From NCBI RefSeq assembly GCF_964355755.1, contig NC_092674.1:26908001-26972000 (forward strand): a stretch of 64,000 nucleotides of DNA, given 5' to 3'. How positions within the stretch are numbered: position 1 is the stretch's first letter; every line of letters begins with the position of its first letter. The DNA is from Antedon mediterranea (Eukaryota > Animalia > Echinodermata). Positions 14,355 through 23,900 of this stretch are shown piece after piece. The position numbers and the translations under genes are program-made. The notes below the pieces were generated by a model that had not been told where the DNA came from, did not search any database, and saw nothing but the letters and a program-made list of their open reading frames with translations.

Positions 14355-14408
14355 CTCACGTAGGACTTGAACCCACGACCTCTAGATCACTAGCCTGGCG
14401 TTCATACT
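14355..14408 (-). pseudogene. 3' part of a tRNA-like (Thr-AGT-like) / SINE head split by the LINE
   Basis: Minus strand GAACGCCAGGCT-AGT-GATCTAGAGGTCGTGGGTTCAAGTCCTAC: anticodon loop plus B-box; the 5' part appears at 21252-21280. Confidence 0.55.
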
Positions 14409-14493
14409 TTCTTTCTTTCTTTCTTTATTTACCCATAAATATAAATTATAAACATTGTAATAATATACAAATAAAAATAATTATATCAAGGGA

Positions 14494-14533
14494 AGGGCTA
14501 AAAAATAGTTAAAACTAATCAAGTTCAGCCCCT
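14494..14533 (-). other. LINE 3'UTR stem-loop
   Basis: Minus strand GGGGCTGAA...TAGTT-TT-AACTA...TTAGCCCT is self-complementary and lies just upstream of the tail, as in L2/CR1-group 3' ends. Confidence 0.6.
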
Positions 14534-14684
14534 AAACATTGAAGTATAAATAGTTATATAAATAAATTAGGGCTACTTGTCTAAAATAAAATTAATATAC
14601 ATAAACATTTTTTTTTTTTTTAAATACACTTTCTCTCAAATATATACAATATAATTAATTCTCTTATAAAATAAATAAATATCA

Positions 14685-15076
14685 CTATACAAACAAATAG
14701 TATGTTTTCATTTCTTTTTTGAATTTGCTTTTTGTTAGAAACCTTAAATCATCCGGGATTTCATTCCAGAGCTTTGCACCAGAATACTTGATGGAATGTT
14801 GTCCTATGTTTGTTCTATATTTTGGTACATACAACTTTTCTCTAGTCCGAGACCTTGATGAATAATGAAAATTAATATACAAAAAATATTTAGGAGTTGT
14901 ATCTGGAAATTTACCATGTAAACTATCATGAACAAATAAAGTAATTAAATACTGATGCTGCTGATAAATATTTAAAATTTTAAGTTCTTTGAATAATAAT
15001 GATGTTGGTGCTAGTCTATCAGAATAAGTCAATGTGCGTATAATACGTTTTTGTGTTAAATATACTGGTTTTAAAT
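14685..15076 (-). CDS. LINE ORF2, C-terminal segment
   Basis: LKPVYLTQKRIIRTLTYS...RTNIGQHSIKYSGAKLWNEIP, a typical CR1/L2 ORF2 C-terminus; in frame after hAT removal. Confidence 0.9.
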
Positions 15077-16663
15077 CAGTGGTGGCGCCAGCGGGGGGGC
15101 CGGGGGGCCAGGGCCCCCCGTCGGGGAAAGCTGGCCCCCCCGTCGGGGAGTATTGGCCATATTTGTCGGGGAGAAAAATATGATCATTGCTTTTCTGGTA
15201 AAAAATAAAACAATATTAAGTGTACTACTATATATTTTAAGTAACTGCGGCATTCCATTTTTGACGTACGTACGATATACTGACAGCGAAGTAAACAGTA
15301 TGTGGTACGCATTTGTCTGGCGGTGTCTGTTTGTACGAATCTTTCACTCACTGCGGTATACGCGTCGACATATCTGGGCTGTATCATATTACATCCAGGG
15401 ACCAAAATATGTATTTTTCAGATTCCAGGCGAAAATCGAAAATTCATTTGCAACTACGCATCGACGTACGTTCATACAGGGATAAAGGTACGAGTTATGT
15501 TCTCACGGTTGAGTTTACGAATTGTTTCAATTTACCAATAACCCTTGCGTATATGTTCGCTGTCGATTAAAGGGGTTTGGGTGGGGGTTCGATTGGGAAA
15601 AGGAAGCGGTTGGCCCGAACCATAAAACAGGGTCTGGTCACGTTTCTTTTCGCGCATAAATCTCGATCTAGGGTAGGTGGGTGAATAGGGTGGCTTACTT
15701 CTAAAGGGAAAAAAAAGATGCAACAAACCCGTGACCGTCGCTAGACGCGGATTCGGCGCACTTGACTCTTTTAATTAAGAAGAGTAGGCTAGAGCTATAT
15801 AGTTGTGTAAAAATAGGCCTAAATAGTGAAAGAACTATTTATGAATTCAAGAGTTTAAAAAGAAAACGCAATTTAAAATCTTCGGAAAATACCCACAACT
15901 GAGTTATTTTCAAAACACATGCACTCCCACTACCAGCATCACGTTGTCTTAGCTCGCTCCTCGTGTGAATGCTGACGTCATCACTCTCCAAAAATACACC
16001 ATTTTCCGCCCTGGTCCGTGTGCAAGCGTTAGCGTGGACCTGTATATTTACACCCCTGTACAGAGTAGAGTGTAATATCGTGAACTTTTTTCTCGCGTAT
16101 GAAGGTTTTTTATATAATGGTATGCAGTATAAACGATAAAAAAAAACGATAAACATGATGTTCTTTTATTATTATTTCATAGGCATAACATAAACATGAA
16201 ATGTCTTGTTCTATGTACACGGCCGAAAAAACGGCATTTTATTGATTTGTGTTATAGACACGGCGATTACGGCAATCATCATTGTATACGGTACTAAATT
16301 ACATTGAGTTATTCACCCGGCTATAGGGTATATATCTGAGGTTAATAGACCACCAAAGCACAGTCGTACACTAAACACATGCACTATCGAGGCATTTTTG
16401 GATCAAAGTTTATTATTAGTTCGTCGAAAAAGATCCGTATTAATTAGAGTATTTAGGAAAGATTTATTTAAATTTACATTATTATGTGACATTGTTATTA
16501 AATGTAAATGGAAACAGTTGCTCTAGCCCATTAAACAGTGTGTAAGCATCTATTTTTTCAAAATTTTCTGAGGCTCGGGCAAACCCAACCCCGCTTTCGC
16601 GCGTACGGCCCCCCGTGGGGGAATTCGGCCCCCCCCGTCGGGGAAATCCTGGCGCCACCACTG
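15077..16663. mobile_element. Non-autonomous hAT-type element inserted in LINE ORF2
   Basis: Perfect 15-bp TIR CAGTGGTGGCGCCAG; perfect 8-bp TSD TTTTAAAT (15069-15076, 16664-16671); subterminal CCCCCCGTCGGGGA repeats; no transposase ORF seen. Confidence 0.93.
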
Positions 16664-17386
16664 TTTTAAATAAGTTTTATAAGTGTTACCCCAAGCTTCT
16701 AATGCAAATGAAATATGAGGCAAAATAAAACAATTATATAAAAGCACCAAAATTGATTGGGGTACAACATATTTAAGTTTGTACAATAAACCAGCCTTAG
16801 AACTAATAATTTTATTAACCTTATTAGAATGCACTTTCCATGTAAGTCTATTATCTATATCTACCCCAATGTAAGTTGTAGCTTCAACTTCATCTAATTT
16901 TGATTCCTTTATGTATATATCCCCCTTTACTTCAATTATTGTATGCTGATTACGAAATATAATATAATTTGTCTTTTTAGAATTAATTGTCAACTTATTA
17001 ACATCACACCAATCTACTATATGTTTCAACTGCTCATTTACATTTGTTAGGTCAACAATTTCATGAGGATTAAAAGAACAAAATAAACTAGTATCATCTG
17101 CAAATAATCGTGTATCAAAAAAGTCAGAAGAGTTTACAATATCATTTACATAAATAAGAAACAATGTAGGTCCTAAGACCGACCCTTGTGGTACTCCACA
17201 AGTTATTGAATTCTCATTAGACTCTATTCCATTTACACTGATACATTGCTTCCTATTATATAAATAATTTTTAAATAAAGCTAATGGCAACCCTCTTATC
17301 CCATATGCACTTAACTTATCCAGTAGTATTTGATGATTGACTGTATCGAATGCTTTCTTTAGATCTAAAAATATTCCAACAACTAT
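16664..17386 (-). CDS. LINE ORF2, reverse transcriptase core
   Basis: RT motifs FLDLKKAFDTV, GVPQGSVLGPTLFLIYVND, FADDT and YIGV. Confidence 0.95.
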
Positions 17387-18271
17387 GGGTATGTTCAGAC
17401 TCACGGAGTTACGGTGGAGTTATGTACGCGGCGTACATATTTTTGTGTCTGAACCATGCCGCGGATTAGCGTTAGGGAGCTGTTACTCCGCGCCAGTGGC
17501 GTTAATAACTCCAGCGGGAGAGGGTAGATTTCATAAGGCTAATCCATTGATGCATCAGTGATTTCAACCTCCGGTCAACGTCAGCCAATGAAAAGACACG
17601 ACCGCAATTAGCAGCAGTCTATTCGCGAGGTTTTTTTTAATAGCAAAACAATATTATAGCCTATTCCTCGAGCTAGTAGATCAACAGCAACATTCGAATT
17701 AAAATGAAACGTGTTACATGGAAAAGTACAGAAGTGGCTGATTTGATTTCATTATGGGGCAGCCCTGAATTTATAGACAAGATAGAACTTAGAAATTGGA
17801 AAGCTAGCGCCGGCAACAAGATGGCTGTTTTTAAAGAAATTGCATCTAAACTGCAAAATTCTTCCTGACGAAGTTGGCGTCGGCGACATGATTTCACAAA
17901 ATTAATTAAAATCATACAAATAATGGCAAAGTCATTGTCCGTGTAATAATTATGTTCGAAATTACTATCTTTCTGTAAGGATTTGCCAAAAAATCGGCAA
18001 AAAAACCATTACATTTGAAGGTACCCCCATTGTATTATATTGCTAGGCCTAGTAGTGTTGTAAACTTTCGCGCGTGTCACTCTCAGCTCTGTTGTTGTTA
18101 TTGTGTGTATGTATCCCATCGGCCGTTTCGGTATGACGGAACTTCCGCTTTAAACGCAAGACGTTTGGAATGCTAATCGTTGTGTCTGAACACCTTGACT
18201 TTTAACGCCACGGATTACCGTACGCCTTGCGTAGATAACTCCACCGTAACTCCGTGAGTCTGAACATACCC
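17387..18271. mobile_element. Non-autonomous PIF/Harbinger-type element H3 inserted in LINE ORF2
   Basis: TIR GGGTATGTTCAGACTCACGGAGTTACGGTGGAGTTAT (37 bp perfect, 42/43 overall); TSD TAT (17384-17386, 18272-18274); internal GTGTCTGAAC repeats; Myb remnant. Confidence 0.93.
17704..17868 (+). pseudogene. Truncated Myb/SANT-like ORF (54 aa) in H3
   Basis: MKRVTWKSTEVADLISLWGSPEFIDKIELRNWKASAGNKMAVFKEIASKLQNSS*; 27 of 49 residues identical to the H2 remnant by manual ungapped alignment. Confidence 0.8.
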
Positions 18272-20128
18272 TATGTTTCCCTTATCTAATTTCTCAGACA
18301 AATTTTGTACTAACTCAATAATAGCAAGTTTTGTGCTGTACCCTTCTCTAAATCCATACTGTTGATTATATAATAAATCAAATTTACTTAAATAACATAA
18401 AAGTTGCTTATTTATAATTTTCTCAAATACTTTACTAAATTGTGGCAATACAGATATTGGTCTGTAATTCCCTGGATCTGATGGCAGACCCTTTTTAAAT
18501 AATGGAAATACCTTTGCTTTTTTTAAGTCATCAGGGAAGATCCCTGTAGATAGTGACAAATTAATTATATACGTAAAAGGTCTAGATATATAATCTGCTG
18601 CATATATAATTAATTTAGGATTAATTTGGTCCAAGCCTACAGCTTTATTCTTATCTAAACCCTTTAAGATATCATTTACTTCTTCATCAACAACATAATT
18701 GAAAAATAATGAATTCTGGGGTACAGTTGATAAATATATATTATGATTTACATTTGTGTTATCAATACATTCTTCTGCAAGATTTTTTCCAATTGAAACA
18801 AAATAATCGTTAAAACCATTAATTATTGCTGTTTGATTAGTTTCTATATTAACATTGCCATCACATGATTTAATTTCTAATTTATTAGGTAATTTCATTT
18901 TCTTCTTACCTCTTCCTAAAATATCATTAATAATTTCCCATATTTTATTTGTATTACCACACTTTTCTTCAAATTGATCTGAGTAATATTTCTGTTTTGC
19001 TGTTCTTAAGGTGTTTGTAAGACAATTTCGATATCGTTTATACTTTGCTAACATATCTACATTGTAATTACTTTTTATTACCTTTGAAAATAACCTATGT
19101 TTATGCTTAATTGATTTTTTTATACTAGAATTAATCCATGGTTTCTTTAGTTTCTTTCTTGGGTTAACAGTTTTTAAAACTAATGGTGCATGTTTATTAC
19201 AAACTTCTAGAAATAACTTTTTAAACTCTGTGTAAGCAGAATTTACCTCTTGACTACCAAATACTTCAGACCAATTTACATTCATAAGATCATGTTGGAA
19301 GTGTTGGATATTAAACTTGGAAAATTTTCTAAATTTGATTTGATCAGTCTGTTGGAAGTAGTCATTAAAGTTCTCTAACATACAAAAAGTAGCCAAATGG
19401 TCTGATATATCTAATTCTATGGTTCCTGAAGTTAAAAATCTAGAATGGATATTTGTATATACATGATCAATTGTTGTTCTTGAACTACTGGTTATTCGTG
19501 TATATACATTAATAAGTTGTATAAAGTTTAAGCAAGACAAGCTATTTTTTAGACTTAAAGCATCTGCAGCATTTAAATTACTTGCATTAATATTAAAATC
19601 CCCAATTAATATGCATTCAGTACCTTGTTGTTTAATATTTGCAAGTGACAATTCTAGGCTTTCAATAAATTCCTCAACGTTTGTATTTGGTTGCCTATAT
19701 AAAACTCCAACTATGAGGGATTTATTTTGACCAACATCTATTTCTAGCCATAAAGACTCAGAATGATGTACATTATAATCAATAGCCGTATAATTAATTG
19801 AATCATGTATGTACGCTCCTACTCCACCTCCTCTTTGATTAATACGACATTTAGTTTCCAACAAGTAATTATTCATTTTAAACAAATCCTTGTTTGTAAC
19901 TTGCCACACTTCCGACAAGGCTATAATTTTAAATTTACTTTGAACCAATTCCTCATAAAATAATTTAAATTCTTCAAAGTTCTTGTTAAGCGATCTAATA
20001 TTAATGTGAGATACTGAAAACACTGATTGAGATTTATTATCAAAAAAATTACAAAATTCAGATGACGAATATGTCTTACAGCTATTATGTAATTGATAAT
20101 CTAGATTTTGGTTAGCCATTAAAACCAT
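18272..20128 (-). CDS. LINE ORF2, AP endonuclease and RT N-terminus
   Basis: HINIRSL, ALSEVW, RGGGVGAY, IGDFN, TTIDHVY, ISDH (APE); NYRPISVLP, QYGFR (RT). Confidence 0.95.
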
Positions 20129-20167
20129 ATAAATAAATATTTAAGTACAGAAAAACTATTAGCATTA

Positions 20168-20947
20168 TTATACAATTTTACCAATATCATCTTCACTATT
20201 AATAACAATCAACATTGAACCCTGTTGTTTGCGTACATAGATGCGCCCATTGTATGTCCACAAATACTTATAGTTCTTTGTCTTCCTTATATCGTTTATT
20301 TTTCCCATAAGACTACGTTTCTTTTGAGTTAAGTTTTCATTAACATATATGTGGTTTTTACCTGTGTATCCAAGCATATCAGTAGTTGTATTCCTAATCA
20401 TTTTCCTGTCATTATATACTTGATCACGCTTCTTTCTGCTGCAAAATTTGACAATTATTGGTCTGTCTGTTCTATCTCGATTACCAATCCTATGTGACGC
20501 CTTGATGTCCTCTTTTTTTATACTACTGTCGATTTCCTTTAGAACTTTCAGTGCAATATCTTCAGTATTTTCATTTGCAATTTGTGATATACCTCTTATT
20601 TCAATATTCTCTCGTCTGCTATACTGATTCTGTTCATCCTGCTCTTTCTCTAATTTCTCCACTCTTCTCGTAAGATCTTCGTTATCTTCTTTCAGTTGTT
20701 TATTTTCTTGCTCAATGCTTTTCATCTTAACACAGTTTTCTTCAATTAGTTTGTTAAAGAATTCCATGGACGATTTGATTTCCCTCATATTTTCTAAGAG
20801 ACTGGGTATAAACTTGACTTGGTCTTTTATATCAGATAGTTGTTTCAAAACTGCATCTGTTGGAACATCATCTGCCGAGTCTTCATCTCCAACTATTAAC
20901 ACCTCATCCTCTTTCCCTTTTCCTTTAACGGTCTTAGGTCTAGGCAT
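20168..20947 (-). CDS. LINE ORF1 (coiled coil, RRM-like region, C-terminal domain), 259 aa
   Basis: Heptad region followed by QYSRRENIEIRGI, SHRIG, RPIIVKF, IYVNENLT and YLWTYNGRIYVRK; intact; 39 bp upstream of ORF2. Confidence 0.9.
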   Translation of the reverse strand: MPRPKTVKGKGKEDEVLIVGDEDSADDVPTDAVLKQLSDIKDQVKFIPSLLENMREIKSSMEFFNKLIEENCVKMKSIEQENKQLKEDNEDLTRRVEKLEKEQDEQNQYSRRENIEIRGISQIANENTEDIALKVLKEIDSSIKKEDIKASHRIGNRDRTDRPIIVKFCSRKKRDQVYNDRKMIRNTTTDMLGYTGKNHIYVNENLTQKKRSLMGKINDIRKTKNYKYLWTYNGRIYVRKQQGSMLIVINSEDDIGKIV

Positions 20948-23900
20948 CCTTGTTTGTTGTATAGCCTATTCCCACGTGTACTCTTGCTCACCTCACTCAG
21001 CTAGTCACTAGAGTGAACACTGCCTGGCTAGTAGCTTCCGGTTTGTGGCCTAGGCCTAGCTTTTGGATAACGTGTTAACATCAGATTCAAACCAAACCAG
21101 GTGCTAATTTTACAGAATCCCAACATAAATAAGATATAAATGACACTTAACCACAAATTCTGTTTATAAAATAATTAAAACCGGATAATTTTGGAGCCCT
21201 TGAGAGAGCAAAATCCTAAATATCCACATGGTCCAAAACGCCCTCAATACTAGAGCGCTCTAGATCACAGAGCTTGCCCGGGTTAGATTCAAGACCAATA
21301 ATAAGTAGTTATAGAAACAAATTATATAAAATGATAAACTTTTGCTGAATATAGAAAAGCCAGGGTGTTTTGTGATCTTAAAGTAGTACACATGTACTAT
21401 ATCTGTTTTGTGCTATTATTAAAATTGTGTATGTGCTTAAACTGATGATTCATCGTGAAATTGGGCTTTTTTTGTTGTTAATCAACAATTTTTTTGGTTA
21501 GATAATTTCTACTACTCATGCATCTCTCGCACTCATTTAAATTCCTGTCCATATGTCTGCGACATTATCATTTTTGGCCGCAATTCAAATGTGAACTTTC
21601 GTTCTGGATAATAATAATAAGAAAAAGAAAAAATATGTTGATTGTCTCGTGATTAATCAATGATGTAAATCCCCATTTAAGCTTTTGTCTTAATTTTTAA
21701 TATGAATTAGTCCCTGGCCGATAAACTATGTCTTAATCAACAATAATTAGAGCGAATCATAACTTGCCATCATCGACCGATTAATAATCATTAATGATGC
21801 GACCATGTTGTGTCAATTTATCTAGTTCCCACGATTCCTTACTCGTCTTCCTTTCATGACTGATATATGTCACCGTGGTGCTAAGCGATCTCCCAGCTAA
21901 TTAGCGGCGTTTAAGTGTGGACGGGAGTATTTGATCAACGTGTAACAATTGTTTAATGGAGCTGTGCTTAATGTCAACTTTTCGGTTGTCTAGGCCATAA
22001 AACATATCATTAGGTAATGTAATTAGGAAGCTGGATGAGGAGTCTAGGCCTTGACTTGCGGCACTAGAGTATTCACCCATCATCATATGCCTTGTTTCTG
22101 CTGCATAATGCACAATTTATTTGAAATTAGATTGAAAATAAAAAAAAATTCTGTACAGTATCGACCTGATTTCTGCTATTTAAAGTTTTCCTCCCAAAAA
22201 ACTGTTTAGGTGTAAAGTTTCTATGGTTTCCTATTAATAGTAGTATTATAAGAAAACTGTTTAATGCTTTGTAAAATGTTGAATAGTTATAAATTGAAAG
22301 ATCATTAGAATATGAATAATGGTCTGCATTAGGTGGCATTTTATTTCAATTATAAAATATCAACTTGGGCAACAATAGAAAGTTTAACCGGAGCTACCCT
22401 TTAAATCAGTGCCAAATAAAGTCTCTAAAATTACCAAAAATGCATTGTGCTCAGCTAGTTAAATGGTCCTAATTTCATAGTATCCTGTGTTTTGGACACA
22501 GAAATACCATACAAAAAAATACGGAAGTTACCATTGTAAACCAAGCAATTAAAAAGGCCCACACCTACTTAAACGCAACAATTGGTTATAAACTTTTAAT
22601 CTTTATATTAAATTCATATCACATGGTCATATTCCTCCACTTCCTCTCCCCAATGACTTCTATAGTATGATACATACCATGTTAAAGTCCATAAGGACTG
22701 TATGTTATAATATCACAAGTTGTTACCATGACCCTATAGTATATAAGTGTCAGCATTAATATTTAGTAAAAATAATGAATGGACTTGATACTAATTGAAA
22801 CTGTGTGTGTACATTGCCTGCTACTTGTCCATTAAATTTACAATGTGTTTTTTTGGTGAAATTTATGTCCATTCATAGTTTTTGTGAAAGATTTTGACAG
22901 TGATAGACCAAATTGATTTTGAGGTGTGGAGCGTGAAATAAGAACTAAAAGGGAGTTCCGGGCGTGGCAGTTGACCTCGTTTTTCATGCGTGGCAGGTGA
23001 CCTTATTTTTCAGGCGTGACAGGCTAATTAGGTGTAAGATGACATGACAGTATTTTACTTTATTCATTCATTGCAACGTTTACAATGTGGGGACGGAAAA
23101 AAGTACATCACTATTGGAAAAATTTGACATCACCTTAGAAGATCAAAATTCCAAAACATCATAATAATGTCACTACAAAACACCTACCAAACTGAGAAAA
23201 AATCTTGGCATTGAAATATTCTTAGAAAATCATATAAGAATATTTAATATTATTCATTTTCCTTTTAATATTTTAATTTTATTTAACCAGTGGAATTTTT
23301 ATTGGCCATTAGCAGTGGGCCATATTTTATATTAAACCCTGTCATGTCCAGACAGCATGCTTATTATATGATTAAAAACACTTGCACATGTGCATGGGTA
23401 AGACTGTTCGCTGACCCAAAGTTTATTATAAGAACTCTTAAATCTGGCCGTGGTTAAGTATATCCTGATTAAATCAGATTATATTGCTCATACTAAATGA
23501 GAATTTTCACATTCGATGTCAATTCACGAAGTCCTACCCACCATTACACAGAAAAACGTGTTCACATTTCTATACACAAACCTGCATTAATTAAACTTCA
23601 CACAAATAGAAACCTCTGTCCCCGCAGAGATCTGGTTTTCTTTAACTAGGAAAAAGGGAGGGGGGGGGGGGGCGGGCGGTTGGAGGGGAAAGAACATCAC
23701 ACTCCCTCTTCAACCTTTTCTTAGTCTAAAAAAAATGTTTTGTACTTTATAAAATATATGCCTCCCAATCTAAGTATCTCTTTTCCTCCCCTTATTGTTA
23801 TAGTTTACTAGGATACACACCCCTACTTATAAACGTTTACATTTCAGTCTTTTGCATAACTGTTATATCTGTACTGTAATATCTTTTTTTGCATAAAATG

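Larger units (their letters stand above)
14409..21246 (-). mobile_element. Full-length non-LTR retrotransposon, L2/CR1 group (Crack/Daphne/Kiri-like), with two nested insertions
   Basis: ~300-bp 5'UTR, ORF1, ORF2 (APE+RT), 3'UTR stem-loop and AATAAA(GAAA)n tail; candidate TSD ATACT at 14404-14408 and 21247-21251. Confidence 0.92.

Noticed and set aside
15071-16156. Short ORFs inside the hAT element as transposase
   Set aside because: No BED finger, DDE or dimerisation motifs; the ORFs overlap in multiple frames.
15077-16663. hAT insertion as a spliceable intron restoring ORF2
   Set aside because: The available GT/AG pairs near its ends on the LINE strand give -2 or +1 shifts, and the donors are weak.
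17673-17915. 80-aa minus-strand ORF in H3
   Set aside because: Antisense shadow of the + strand Myb remnant.
16550-20128. ORF2 pieces as separate genes or a bacterial-type RT system (retron, DGR, group II intron)
   Set aside because: The pieces rejoin into one APE-RT ORF with LINE UTRs; the odd termini in the ORF track are read-through into TIRs.
21252-23500. Second TIR of H2 beyond the LINE
   Set aside because: No GTCTGAACATACCC-like end was found by eye, so LINE-inside-H2 nesting is not established.
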